Assembly (NCBI RefSeq): GCF_009914755.1
Contig: NC_060947.1
Strand: one strand, 5' to 3'
From: the human T2T-CHM13v2.0 reference genome, Homo sapiens
Length of the DNA stretch: 64,000 nucleotides
Positions within the stretch are counted from its first letter, which is position 1. Each line of letters begins with the position of its first letter. Positions 42,530 to 57,066 of the stretch are shown here, one piece after another. The notes under the pieces were generated by a model. That model worked only from the letters and a program-made list of their open reading frames with translations, did not search any database and was not told the DNA's origin. A program made the position numbers and the translations under genes.

Positions 42530-45060
42530 AGACTTGAAGAAATAGAAAGACATTTCTTGTTTTTTGATAGGATGACTCAATAGTATAAATATGTAAATTA
42601 ATTCATAAATTTAATATAATCCCAATAAAAATAACAATAAGTTATTTTTAGAATTAGACAAGTTGTCACTGAACCTCACATGGAAAAATTAACAATAGCC
42701 AGTGAAACACACAAAAAATGATAAACTATGAGCAGGTACTAGCCCTACTAGACAGTAAAACATACTATAAATCATCTATAATTTAAAGGGTGTTGGGATT
42801 GCATCAAACTAAATAGCTTCTGCACAGCAAAAGAAACAATGAACAGAGTGAAGAGATAACCTATGGAATGGAAAAAAAAATTTCAAACCATACATTTAAG
42901 GGATTAGTATACAAAATATATAAGGAACTCAAACAACTCAATAGCAAGAAAACAAATAACCAAAAGAAAAAATGAGCAAAGCACTTAAGTAGACATTTCC
43001 CAAAAGAAGGCATACAAATGGCCAACAGGTATAAGAAAAAATGCTCGACATCCTAATTATCAGGGAAATGCAAATTAAAATCATAATGAGATACTACTTG
43101 ATACCTCTTAGAATGACTATTATCACAAGATAACAAGTGTTGGGGAGGATGTAGGGAATATCATTGTGTTCTCATTCAGTGGGAATGTAAATTAGTACAG
43201 CTATCATGGAAAACAGTATGGAGGTTGCTCAAAAAATTAAAAATAGAACTATCATATGATCCAGTAATTCCATTTCTGGATACACGTTAAAAAAATAAAA
43301 CCAGTATGCCAAAGAGATACTTGCACTCTCATGTTCATTGCAGCGTTATTTACAATACTCAAGATATGGAATCAACCTAAGTGTCCATCAGTGGGTGAAT
43401 GGATACATAAAATGTGGTCTATATACACAATGAAACAATAATCAGTGTTAAAATAAAATGAATTCCTGTCATTTGCAGCAACATGGGTGAACCTGGAGGG
43501 CATCATGTTAAGTTAAATAAGCTAGACACAGAAAGATGAATACTGCTTGATATCACTTATATATGAAATCTAAAAATGTCAAACTCATAGAAGCAGAGAG
43601 TAGAATGCTGGTTGCCAGGGGCTGGGGAGGGGTGATGGGGTTGGTTAAAGAGTACAGAGTTTGGATTAGATAGGAGGAATAAGTTCAAAGAATCTTACAT
43701 ATAGCATGATGATTATAGTTAATAATACTACATTGTATACTTAAAAAGTGCTAAGAAAGTAAAACTTACATGTTCTTACCACAAAAAATAAGTATATAAG
43801 GTAATACATATGTTAATTAGCTTGACGTAATCATTTCACAATGTATACATATATCAAAATGTCACACCGTACATTGTAAATACGTAAAATTTTTATTGGT
43901 CAATTATATCCAAAAAAAGCTGCGGGAAAAAATGAAAAAAAATGCAGGTGTGGTACTGACACATCAATAGAGCCCAGTTAAATAGAGTAGAAAGTTCAGA
44001 AATAGACATAAGAAAATATGGAACTTTAGTATATAATAAAGGTGACATCTCAAATAACTTTAGAGAAGATGGAGTTTTCAAATGATACTGCAACAATGGA
44101 CACCATTTAGGAAAAGATACATTACATCCATGATTACCAGCATGGCACATGTATACATATGTAACTAACCTGCACAATGTGCACATGTACCCTAAAACTT
44201 AAAGTATAATTTAAAAAAAAAAGAAGAAAAAAAGTAAAAATAAAAATAAATTCCAAATGGATCAGGGATCTAATTGTTCAATAAAACCAAACAAACACTA
44301 GGAGAAAACATGGGTGAATTCTTCTTAAACTGGGTGTAGAAAGAGTTCTCCTAATTAGAACTCCAAATCCAGGTACAATAAAACAAATGATTGTTAAATC
44401 TGACTACATAGCAACAACCAAAAACCTAATGCATGCCCAAAATTACCATAAAGAAATCAAAAGATACCATAAAGAAACCATAAAGAAATCAAAAGATAAC
44501 TGGCAAAAGAGGAGGAATAATTGAAACACATATAACAGATAAATGGCTAATACCTCTAATATGCAAAGAATTCTTAAAATTCAAGGGGATAAAAAAACAA
44601 ATCTCAGATAGAACAATGATCAAAAATATGAAAATAAGTCACAAGAGATATTAAAATGGCTTTTACGTTTATGAAAAAATATTCACCCTTACTCATAAAA
44701 AAGGACATGTAAATTAAAACTACACTGATAACTAGTTCTCACCTATCAGGCAAAAATTAAATAGTGCAACCTACTCTGTAGGTGAGGCTGTGAAGAAACA
44801 GGCACAATTCCTATTGCTGGTAGAAATATAAAATTTCTGAAGGGAATTTGGCAATATTTAACAAAAATATATGTATTTTGACCCAGCAATCGCACTCATC
44901 AGAATTTATCCTGAAAATGTATCACCAACAATATGAAAATATGTAAGCACAAGGCTACTTATTGCAGCATTTCTTGTAATTGCAAAAAATAGGAAACTGA
45001 TGTACTATAGAGTACTGTTTTTGTGACTTTTCTGGAAGTCTGAAATCATGTCAAAATTAA
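42530..45060 (+). mobile_element. Old L1M (ME/MC-type) ORF2 remnant with a nested L1MA-type element (~42795-43935)
   Basis: A-rich diverged ORF2 homology. The nested copy has catcaaactaaatagcttctgcacagcaaaagaaac and an L1MA 3'UTR (gaagcagagagtagaatg...tgttaattagcttga). Confidence 0.75.
44136..44240 (+). mobile_element. Very short young L1 (L1PA2/3-type) 3' tip plus A tail
   Basis: accagcatggcacatgtatacatatgtaactaacctgcacaatgtgcacatgtaccctaaaacttaaagtataat, nearly identical to 12688-12762. Confidence 0.9.
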
Positions 45061-45092
45061 AACTTTAACAAATGATTTGTTTTTCTCTAAGG

Positions 45093-45317
45093 CAAGCTTG
45101 TCCAACCCATGGCCCATGGGCCGCATGAGGCCCAGGACAGCTTCGAATGTGGCCCAACACAAATTCATAAACTTTCTTAAAACATTATGAGACCTTTTTT
45201 GCAATTTTTTTAAACCTCATCAGCTATTGTTACTGTTAGGGTATTTTAAGTGTGGCTCAAAGACAATTCTTCTTCTTCCAATATGGCCCAGGGAAGCCAA
45301 AAGATGGGACATCCCTG
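45093..45317. mobile_element. MER30 hAT-Charlie DNA transposon
   Basis: caagcttgtccaac...ggacatccctg termini; perfect 8-bp TSD ctctaagg at 45085-45092 and 45318-45325. Confidence 0.9.
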
Positions 45318-46243
45318 CTCTAAGGAGACCTTCATCTGCTTATTAGGAGAGCATTCAGGACCCCTATTGTCATAGTATCCATCTCACATTGCATTTTAAA
45401 AATAATTAGAGGATTAAGGCTTTGAATATGTAAGTGAAAAGAATATTTTACAAATCATTAATCACACTGTTGTAGTCCTCTCCAGATTGGTAGTAAATTT
45501 GGAAGAATACAGTCAATCAGTCAACAACATTTATCTTGAGAATTTCAACTGTGTGGATAGCACTTCAGGAGGCCCTGCAATGATAGGAGGGCAAATGTGA
45601 TTATTATGGTTATTTTTCCATATCTGCCCTAAAACTGATTATTGAGAACTTGTGAGTCCTGCTTAATAGGACTTAGGTATACCGCCTTGTGGTAACAACA
45701 ATGGCCACAGACACTGGGCTTCCATCCCTCTGTATGGGAAGGAGGATGGACCCTAGTCCTTTATTTCCTGAAGAGTTTCCTATAGATTGATGTCCTCAGC
45801 ATGAACCAGATAAAGACCCTGAAATTGTTTGGTTTTAAATTAAAACAGTAACATGAACATAACTGGTTCTTAATTTATTTTAGAATGCAAAGGCAACCTA
45901 TGGATGTTGCTGTCACTCCTGCATAAATTGGCAGGCTAAACTTTATATAATTTTGCCACTTATCTGTAGGGTGCATGTATGCTCTCCTTTTTAAGAAAAT
46001 GTCAGTGGTGTGTCATGAATGCTATAGGGGCAATATGCAGAGATACTGATGGAAAATGAAGACAGTTATAACCTGTAATGTCTCTTCCCACTCAAAGACA
46101 GCACAATGATATGGTTTAATTCCTCTGAAAAATTTCTGATCCTTGTTCAAGAAGAAGTAATCATATGTGCTGCCTTTATGTTTTCTCCAGTTTCCCACTT
46201 AGGTCACTGGATTGAAGTTACAGATGTACATGTTTATCTACAA

Positions 46244-46463
46244 CAAGGCCTGGCAAACTTTTGTTATAAAGAATCACATAGTAAATACTTTGGGTTTTGT
46301 GGGCCATATGGTCTCTGTTGCAACTGCTCAATTCTGTTGTAACGTAAATGTAGCCATAGATAATATGAAAGTGAATAAGTATGGATGCGTTCCAGTAAAC
46401 TATTATTACCAAAACATACAGTGGGTGAGATCAGGCTTTTGGGCCACAGTTTGCACACTCCTG
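46244..46463. mobile_element. MER58A-type hAT element
   Basis: ggcaaacttt...atagtaaatactttgggttttgtgggccatatggtctctgttgcaactgctcaattctg...gggccacagtttgc. Confidence 0.8.
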
Positions 46464-46873
46464 GTCTGTAACACTCAAGACAGAGGCAATGTCCTAAGTC
46501 TTGACATCTCCAGTTCTAGCACAGTACCTAGAATCCTCAAAGGTACTCAATAATCGACTGTTGAATGAGTGTGTAGTTGAGCACAGGGTTAAAATTTGTG
46601 GTTGTGCTTAGAGATTTCTACATATTTGATTTCTCAGAGTGTGAAGTATGGAATAACATTAATCATAATTGTAACCCAATCATCAATTTAATGTCTGAAT
46701 GACTACTATGACATTTCCAACAAGTTGCTATCCATTTCTACTTGAATAACTTCAATGACAGGAAATTCACCACTACTTACGGTATCTCAGTCTACTTAAG
46801 GAAGGCTATGTCCATACGAAGGAATTTCTTATTTGAGCCCAAATCTATCTCCTTCAATTGGTCCTGGCACCTC

Positions 46874-46917
46874 CTAATCATACTCCTAAAGTTATCTAAT
46901 CATACTCCTAAAGTTAT
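46874..46917. repeat. Perfect 22-bp tandem duplication
   Basis: ctaatcatactcctaaagttat repeated twice. Confidence 0.9.
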
Positions 46918-46938
46918 ATAAGGATATATATATGCACA

Positions 46939-46985
<47 letters not shown>
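46939..46985. repeat. (CA)n microsatellite
   Basis: Uninterrupted acacac run. Confidence 0.95.
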
Positions 46986-46987
<2 letters not shown>

Positions 46988-48844
46988 ATATGCTAGAAAG
47001 GACTTTATATTTCATCTAGTTCAAGTTCTTCATTTTACAGATGAGAATTAAGGCTCAGAGAAATTTAGAGATTTGCTCACAGCACCCCAGACTGTCAGCA
47101 GCAGAACTCTTAAACAAGCAATTCGGTATGTGCTGGCATCTCTGGCTGGATTCCCTAAAGATTTGGTAAAAAAGAATCATCCTTAGTTTACTTTGGGAGG
47201 GCTGTCATTTTTTTTCTTTCATTTTCTCAAAGCAGAAATACTTTTCTTTAAATGAATTTTAAAATAAAAATAAAATGGGTATGCACTTGGCTATTTTTAT
47301 CCAGAAATGTGGATTGAAATGTAGTATACAGAGCAGTAGACCAGGTGTCAGGAGGCTAGAGAATTGTATGGGCCACTAATTTTGCTAAGTTAACTTGGGC
47401 AAGTCATTCAGCCTCTTAACAGGTGACTTCTCTGGCCTCTCCCAGCTCTAGGACTTCATTCTTCAGAGGAAAAAGGTAGAATATTTCAAAGCACCATATG
47501 GAAACTTTTTTTTCGGAAGCCCCATTGCTTTAATCTCAGAAAATCTTACAGTTTGTATGGTAGTTAAGAGTATGGGCTCTAGAGACTTAGGTAGAAAACC
47601 CAGATCTGCTACTTACTTCTTATGTAGCCTTTTTGAGGCTCAATATCCTTTTCTGTAAATTAAAAATATTAATACCTACCTCAGTGGGGTTTTTTTAGGA
47701 CAAGATATCAATTATATAAACAAAATATATAAATGGTATATAGTAGTGCTCAGTAACTAGAATCTGTCATTAACCTAAGAATTCTGAGAAAAGGCAAGCT
47801 AGAAACATAAACTATAAGGCTGGAGGTTGGAGTGAATAATGAATGCTTCTAGCTACTAGTACATAGAAAGTCCTTATAGAAATGGAACTCCCCAGTGACA
47901 GCTCTTGTACTTTTTGCTTTCATATCATAAAGCCTCCAGATCCTTCTCTGAGATTTGTATGCTCTTGTTCTTCAAGTTCTCCATTCATAAATGTATGGCT
48001 CAAGTGTGGAAGCCATTTCCCAGGTTTGCTTTCAGAATTCCGCTTTTTAAATATGACATTAAAAGGGATGGCCAAATGGTCTTTTGGTGTTAATATGGAA
48101 GTATTGGTGGCCACCAGTTTCTTACCCAAAACAGAAAACTTTCAATAATGGAGGCTGACTCTAAGTAATGTTTAAAATCAGCACATATAATGTTTATTTC
48201 TCCATTTTTAGTGGAGAAAAATACCTTCTTTATTTAAAAAAATTATGTTCATAATACTTATTATGGAACTGCATATCACATTCACATGTACTTCAAACAA
48301 TAACTTGAAGGTGGAATATTGTGATTTGCACTGAAGATTCAGAAAAAAACAACAAGTTAGGCCAAGTGGCTTATCTGAAGCAGCCAATTAGACCAAAGAT
48401 CAAGCCAAGACTTGAGTTCACAGCTTCCATTATGTAATTGTGTATTGGAGGCACTCAACTTCTCAGGATTTAATCCATTTGCATCCTTGAGAAACAAGTA
48501 AAATCAAATAGAAATTACAGAAAAAATGGTAGGTGGTACATAGTATTAAACAAAAAGAATGAAGGTGGAAAAACAAAAATTCTTTTATTTAAGTGAACAG
48601 TTATAAAGTAACTAACAATAAGGTAAATATCATAAGGCATTCTAAAGAAATAGCAAGAACCATTCCTGTCCTCAAATAACTTACCAATTACAGACAGAAA
48701 CATCAACTTTCATAAAACTCATCAATTCAATTTGATTCAATTTATCTATTGTTCGATTCCACAAACATGTACTGAAAACTTGCATGTACCTAGTGCAATG
48801 CTTAGCACTGAGGATGCATAAGACAGTGTCCTCATCCTCTAGGA

Positions 48845-49059
48845 CATAGGTAGCCAAACTTTTTCTGCAAAAGGCAAGATAATCAATATTTTGGGTTTGG
48901 GGTCATTAAGTTTCTGTTGGAACTATTCAATTCTGCCACTGCAGCATGACAGCAGCAATAGATAATATGTAAATGAATGAGCATAGGTGTGCTCCAAAAA
49001 AAACCTATATTAATTAAAACACACAATTTGGCTCACGGGCTATAGTTTGCTAACCTCTG
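48845..49059. mobile_element. MER58-type hAT element
   Basis: gccaaactttttctgcaaaagg...aactattcaattctgccactgcagcatg...gggctatagtttgctaacc. Confidence 0.75.
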
Positions 49060-49674
49060 CTCTGAGCTCACAGACTAGTTCGTGAGACAAATCAACTTAC
49101 ATCTGAAGGTAACGCAGTGGAAAAAGTATTTTATTTGAGAGATACATGGGAAAGTTACCACTGTCTGATAGAAGGGCTTGTGGAAAGCTTCTTATAGTAA
49201 ATGGCATTTGATCTGGGTTCTGAAGAAAGTGCAAAATTTGGGAGACATTAGTGAGAGTGAATTTGTGGAAGGTTGTTTGTGCATGGTGCTCCTAGATAAT
49301 GGAGAATAGTCCAGTGCATTTAAAGTACAGGGAAATACATGAGGGGTGGCAGACTAAGACACTAGGAAGCTTGTCAGGGACCAGCTCAGAGAGGGTCCAG
49401 CAAGTCATATTCAGAAAATTGGGCATTGCATTTCACTCAACAGTGGGCAGTAAAGAATTCTTAAGCAGTAAAATTATGTGACCAGATATGTGATTTACCA
49501 AAATGCCTCAGGAATCAGGGAGCATGACAGCCTGAGGTAAGCTGGCAGAAAATGAAAGACAAAGAGGCTAGATAGGAGAATGTGGTAATAGGCCAAACAG
49601 CCAATGGTAAAGCCTTCATCTTAGGCTTTATTAGTGAAGTGAAAAAAGGAGATACATTCTAGAGATAGCTTATA

Positions 49675-50185
49675 ACTGCATTGTCCAAGATGGTGTCCAC
49701 TAGCAACATAAGGCTCTTGAACACCTAAAATGTAGCTAATGTGACCGAGCAACTGAATGTTTAACTTGTTTAAAATTTTAATAAACTTTTATTTCGATAC
49801 AAAAACCTGTACGTGGTTCAGTTATCAGAAAACTTTTGAGTATGCCTGGAACGACTTGGGCAATGTCAATCTACTTTTTCAGCTATAAATGTGATGAAAT
49901 TGAAATACAAAATATTTCTGATGAGTAGTTAGTATCTGCATTGAGATGTACTTTAAGTACAAAATCTATACAAGATTTTGAAGACTTCGTATTTAGAAAG
50001 TACACTATTTCACTAAATATTTTTATAATGATTAAATGTTGAAATAATATTTTGGACATATTGGGTTAAATAAGATACATGATCAAAATTACGTTCACCA
50101 GTTTCTTTTTAGTTTTTAAATGTGACTACTAGAAAATGTAAAATTACACATGTGGCTTACATTATGTTTCTATTGAATAATCCTG
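49675..50185. mobile_element. Charlie1-related hAT non-autonomous element
   Basis: ctgcattgtccaa...gaacacctaaaatgtagcta...gtgactactagaaaatgtaaaattacacatgtggc...tttctattg. Confidence 0.7.
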
Positions 50186-51679
50186 CTTTAAAAGAGATTT
50201 CTATGGTTCTGTGACTAAATACATGGAACAGAGTGGAGGGATCAATGGCGATAAAATTGAATGACAGGAGGAAGAGTATAAGAGAAAGTTAATTTCAAGC
50301 CTTTTAAAAAGAAAAATAATCAAATTATTCTCCCATAGCCTAGTTTCTTCAATATGGGAAGGAGAACCAAGGCTCATACCCTGCATTTTTGTGTCTAGCA
50401 TTATAGGTCCTCACATATGAGAGGTACAAAATATCTGATGATGATGACATGATATGATTACACACCAAATCAAGATCAACCTCAGGTTTAGAAGTGACCT
50501 AAAAGATCAAGATCAAGTCAAGAAATGTGGTTTTTCCTCTGCCCAGGATTTCTATGCTTGGTTAGAATCAATCATTCTAAAGCATACAGAAGGCCTCTGT
50601 TTATCTCCTCCTGCAGAAATGAGGACAGGTTGTAGCACTATATTCTTCACAGTAAGAGAGTCAAAGCAATTTCTTACCTTTACATTGTTGCACATAGTAA
50701 TGCTACGGATTGTCAACAACTTTCCCAGACTACAGTTATAGATAATGGGATAGAAATCTTTCGAGACACCTCAGGGGCAGTCAATAACCTGATGGAAACA
50801 AATTACCAAAAGCTACCTGGGTTCACTGAAAGAGAAGGGTCATTTCATATGGGCAGTGTCCTTGCAGAAAATAGATAGCACACTCAAGGGAATAACTGAA
50901 GAGTGTTTAATAAAGGGACCATTTAAAGAAGTATAGATAGCACTCACAAAACCCTTATGAGGTGGTGAAGCTCCCAGGGATGAGCAAGAGTATAAAGTTG
51001 TTATCACACTTAAACTTGGAAGGGCAAGTGGACAGAGTTATTACTGAAACTTACAAAGAGCTGCAGGCTTGAAAGAAGGGCAACAGATACAGGAATCCGA
51101 AATTTTAGGAAAGTGACATTGCTATTTAACTGCTCTAAAATTTCAAAAATAAAGAATCTCTAATAATGTAATCAAAATTTTTGTTAAACTGGCCATGCAG
51201 TTCCTTACCTGGCAGGCAGTGTCATGGTGCCACAGAAGTTGTCCATTACCACAATCATTATGCTTTTACTGAATGCCTAGGCAGTGGAGATACCAAGCTG
51301 AACTCATCCTTGTCCTCTGGGAGTTCCAAGTGTAGCAAATGGAAAACCAAGTCAGCTATGAACATACAGTGTGGTACAGTACATATAGAGACTGTGGGAT
51401 AACCAACACTGCACAGAGTAGTGTGGAGATGAGGAAAGTGTCACATATCAGAGAACATCATTCGAGGTGTTATGGAGAAGGGGGAAAGGCGGGGAAGACT
51501 GAAGGAACAGCATGAACAGAGTCAGGAGGCGTGAAAGTTCACAGCCTCCTGATTTGGGGATTGTCAAGTGGTCCAATGTGTCTGGAACAAGAGAAGCTTT
51601 GAGAGGAGATGATAGAGGGTTGAGATACAGTTGTAATATATTAAACACTGTGAAAAAGGATTGGGCAGTGGGGCTATGG

Positions 51680-52028
51680 TGAGATAGCTAGGTGGGAAGG
51701 AGTCCCCAGAGAGACTCCAGCCCGCCTGCGCACTAGGAGGAGTGCATGATAGGGTGGGGCCACAGAAGTTCACAGTTTGCAGCAGGGAGGAGCCTGGCCT
51801 CTCCTCTTTCTGGGTGGAACCCAGAATTCAATCTGTAAGTTGGGAAGCCCGCTGGCAGGATAAACACACTCTCTCACTTCACTAAGAGTCTCTGTTTCCC
51901 CTTTTTTTTCCTTTTTACCCAATAAAACCCTGCCTTACTCACCCTTCAAATTGTCTGCAAGCCTAATCTTTCATGGCTATGTGACAAGAACCCTATCTGT
52001 AGCTGAGCTAAGGAAAAGTCCTGCAACA
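51680..52028 (+). mobile_element. ERV1 solo LTR, MER61 family
   Basis: tgagatagctaggtgggaagg...gggaggagcctggcc...aataaa...gaaaagtcctgcaaca. 4-bp TSD atgg at 51676-51679 and 52029-52032. Confidence 0.82.
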
Positions 52029-53629
52029 ATGGGATTCAAGCTTCTACTTTTAGAAGCAAGGGGCACCTTGAATCTATTTCAGTTCAATTCCCCTATACAA
52101 TTACTCCTGCTATTACTACTATAAGTACTGTAAATAACACCATGACTGCAATTGTTATCATTTCTGAGCACTTACTAGGTGCTAGTTTCTATGTTTGGTG
52201 ATACATATTGTTCAGTGAGGTGACATGCACTGTTTCATCGGATCCTCAAAAGAACCATACCATGCCCATATTATTATATCCATTTAAGAGATCAGAACAT
52301 TAAACTGATGGATTATTTTTATATAGGGAATAGGTGAAGCATGTGAGTGAACCTGTAACTCATTTTCTTGCATGTCCTATCCCTGCCAATTAGCACCAAT
52401 AGTCATCCAGTCTCTAGAGCTCCTTTATCTGAGCATATTTATATTTTGAAAGACAGCATAGTCAATGAAGTGAGAAGGAAGAAGCTAGAAATGTAAGAGA
52501 GGGAAGACTGATTGAGATCAAGGTAATTGAAGGGGCAGGAAGAATGTGATCCACAGCACATACCAAAAAGGAAAGGAGGATTAACTTGGCACAGGAAGAA
52601 AGACATTTTCTCTAAGATGGGGAATGGGATGGAGGCTGACTACAAATGGGGTAAGTTTGAAGGTGCAGAAGAGGGAAGCTAAGGGAATTCCCCTGGACTT
52701 TCATCTGCAAAGTCAAGACAGTTCATCTGATGAGTAGGCTTCAGATGGGGCAAAGGCTTGAGCCCAGTTGCAGAGGTTTAGGACATCTGCTGTGGAAGAT
52801 GAAAGAAGAAAACAATAAGATACATGACTGAATGACTGATGTGGTGACTTCAGTGGCAAAGCTGTATCCTAAATGCACTTGACCTACTCACTTGTCAGGG
52901 CAAAGAGCAAATAGGGAGAATTATTCTTTTTAAATAACCTAAAAAATTAGAACCTGACCAACTATGATACTTTTTGTTCAAAACTGACCTAATGCAGGTC
53001 AAAAGTTAAGGGATAACTGAACATATATAATGACAGTAATATGTTAGTCTTAAAGATAAAAAGTACATTTTAAGTGGAGCTATATATGATATTGGCCATA
53101 AATACAGGCCAAATTTTACTAAATTTTGCCTATATTCCTTCTAAGTATATTCAAAGAGCCCATGATATGTTAACATTTGGTCTTTGAAGAAAAGTGATTG
53201 GGCACGGCTAGGATTTTCTATGTTACAAAGTCTCTAACTCACCTCCTTTTCCTTCACTTAGCTATAGTTTCATGGCCCCTAAGGAAAAGGAACAATGTCT
53301 TTCTGCTTCAAGGGAATTATATGCCCTGTTCAATTCGTGCGTAAGAACAATATTCATGCTCAACCATTTTCTCCTCTGGGCATTTCCTCCACTACACAGG
53401 TAGCTTCCAATACATTTTTTATGCATACAGGACCAAGGACATGAGAAAAGTGTTCCTTTAAAGAGGATGACTCTAGGATCACTGAATAAGGCTACGGGAT
53501 GTTTGGGCTGTTATTACACTGATCTTCTCTTCCTCTTACCTATCACTGTGACATCTTAGTTGTGAGAAATCCCCATACAGGTTGTGACAGTTTCAATGTT
53601 TTAGGAGTTGCTTACTGGGGAAATGTATA

Positions 53630-54200
53630 CATAATAGTTAAAGAGCATTGTCTTTGGAGTCAGACAAATCTGGGTTCAAATTCCAGCTCCAATTTACTAG
53701 CCAGGTGACCTTGGGCAAGTAAACACAAATTCATACTCCACATCTCCATTTCTCATCCTGAAATTAAGGACAAACATTAAGATCAAACTCATGATATTCT
53801 TATGGCGATTACAAAAATAATGTGTATAAAGACTTATTATTGGTACCTGGCACATAATAGTCGTCCATAATGTGCAGCTACATAAAAATAACTCAGTGCT
53901 TTCTCTTGCTTTTACTTCAAAGGAAAAAGCAACTCTTTCATTCTTTACTTTTCCAGGCCCCCATGATAAGCACACAGACCCTCTGAAAATGAACTGCTAT
54001 AGTTAAGAACTTGACCTCTGGACTCTGATTGCCTGGGTTTGAGTCTCTGTTCTGCTACTTACAAGCTGTGTGACCTCAGGCAAGTTACCTTTCTAAGCCT
54101 CAGTTTTCTCATTCGCAAAATGAGCAGTAAATGGAATCATGTATTTAAAGTGCAGCGACTAGCATATAATATGTTAAATATGTAAGCAAATGATATTAAT
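53630..54200 (+). mobile_element. Two MIR SINEs
   Basis: gttaaagagcattgtctttggagtcagac...gtgaccttgggcaagt and gctgtgtgacctcaggcaagttac...cctcagttttctcat. Confidence 0.75.
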
Positions 54201-56727
54201 AGGCAGCCTCACTCTTAGCTCATGAAGATAAGCTGATAGTTTTTTCAGTGGCAGTATGACAAAAATGGAATTTTAGGCTTCCTACCAATAGTGTACAAAA
54301 TTCTGCACTATACTTGGTTCTGTGGTGGCAGCAAAACTCACCCTAGGATGGTTAATTACATGGCTTCTTAAATAGGGAGTTTCTAACTCCTTAGGCAATA
54401 AAGAAATAGTTCAGCTACACTGGGACAACCTATGAGGACGTCTAGACCTCCAATTATGGGTCTCACAATGTGGGCAAGGGCATTCAGAGATAGCATCTGA
54501 CAGAAAAACTTTTCTGGATTGAATAGCCATCTATGCTCTCAGTCACCATCAGCTCAGCTTTCTGATTCATAAAGATCCTTTCTAGAAGATCATTACATCT
54601 ATCCTTTCTGAAATATTTGGATGTGCTATTTTCCACAGAACCATGTGCCATGGTGCTGTAACTCTAGTTTTAGGATGCCTTGCCCAATGCATTAGGTTAT
54701 TGCTATTTCCGGAAACCTCTTAATTCTTTTAGGCTAAGTGAATTCCATTAGACAACATATGTCTACAATATACTAATGGCACCCAGGTGGCCTAAAATTT
54801 GGCACACCCCTTAAATTCCTAACTCATTTCCATAAAAGTCATTTATAATTTTCAAACAAAATCTATCCAAAGTGAAACCAAATTATGATATCTTTCCACA
54901 GAATATAAAACACAGAAACACATGTTTAAAGTATGCATTTCTCAAGTGGTAAAGGAAAGATCTACATGGTAATATTTCACAATATATATTCCAGTTATGA
55001 AAGCCTCTTCATGATCTGCCGACTAAACGGAAACAGAAAATCAGATCCTAAGAATGCTGCTAAGGGATGGAATCAAATAAGGTAATCCCTTATTTTATCT
55101 AATAAAATGGTTTGATCTTAGAAAGGTGCATATGAATCAATGCTTATTTAAATATACTTTGGAACAGCATTACAAAGCAATCTTTCAGTGGATCTATTAG
55201 CAAATTGAATAATCACTCCCATTTACCTCTTTATAAATCCAAATACTCAAATAGTAATAAAGTGGCATTTACTTATGACCCAAGAGATCCTAGCTCAATA
55301 GCTACATACCTTAAGTAACTTTTATTCCAACAAGGATCTTATGGCACTACACTGGTACACAGGTATATTAAAGCACAGTAAACTGAAAGACAAGCCATAA
55401 GGCTTGTAACATCAGGAATTGTAACATGGGGGAGCATTTATGGCACATAGCCGCCTCTATATAGATTCCACTTCCTGTTCCATTGGCTACATTTTAAGAT
55501 TCAATGGTATCAAAGGAAAAGTCTGCCAGCTACCAGAGCATGTTCTAATGCTAGAAGAGTTTGTATCCAAGATAGAAAAAGGCATTGAGAAGCAACTCCC
55601 TGGAAACTTCTAATGAACAGATCAGGTTGTTCTGCGGTGCTGTGGCTGGATCCCAGTGATTGCAACTTCATGCCCTTGCGTATTGAGGGACACTCCTGAA
55701 GTAGAAAGAGAGTGAAAGAATGTTGAGGGTCCTGAATATAGAAATTAAGACAGCAGCACAGAAGAGCTTTCATGGGGGGAGGCAGTACTTTGTAACTGTG
55801 GAAATGATTTTATATACATAAAATAAATCATATAGGACTGTTTAGATTATTTAATATTCTAATGTACAGTGAAAATTTCCAGGGCAGGGTTATGGCTAGT
55901 ACCTGTTTCTCAAATAGTTTTTACTCTTGGGAACTTTCCTAGGTGAGTATTTCATTTGGGTAACATATTAGGAAATGCTGCTGTAAAGGCAATTTTAACA
56001 ATAGTTAGAATAGCTAGAATTTATTAAGTGTTAGGAACAGAATATGTGAAACTCAGGAATCATTCTAGAAGCAAAGTATAAGATAGGTCCCAGTGAGCAG
56101 TTTGCGAGTGGCTAAAAACAGATGAGGACTCTGAAGGCCCATTTTTACATGTCAATGACTGTATAAGCTTAAGGATGGCAAGATAAGTTAAAAGAATCAC
56201 TCAGAGCTAAATCATCATAATCATAAACAAAGGTAATAAAAATAATTTCCCTTTATTGATTACTTGCTATGTTATAGGCACTATGCTTAATCAATCCTCA
56301 AGACAACTCTGTAAGTTGAATCTTATCATTGTCTCTATTTTATGCTTGTTTTCCTCCAATCACACAGCTAATAAGTGGCAGAGGTGGGGTTAAAACCCGG
56401 GTTTGTTCAGCTACGAGTTCTTTGTTTTAATTCTAGTGGAATGTTCCCTCATGAATACACTGGTGACGACAAATTCTCAAGGACCTTCAGAATATCATGT
56501 ACAGTGGTTTACATTATAGGTAATTGCAATCGGCAGAAGGCACTAGGAGAAAACGATATATATGAATGGACTCTCACAGCTCAGAATTAAAAATACAGGA
56601 AAATACAATCAGCAACCCAAATGTCTTTAACCCAAAGTAACTTGCAAAAAAATTCTATGTGGAGGCTAGTTGCCTCGATTAACTAATGAATCTATTGCTC
56701 ACTCTGCATTTTAAAATCTCCATTAAG

Positions 56728-57066
<339 letters not shown>

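Noticed and set aside
44444-44498. Complex short tandem duplication (taccataaagaaatcaaaaga)
   Set aside because: Ordinary slippage duplication in A-rich L1M sequence.
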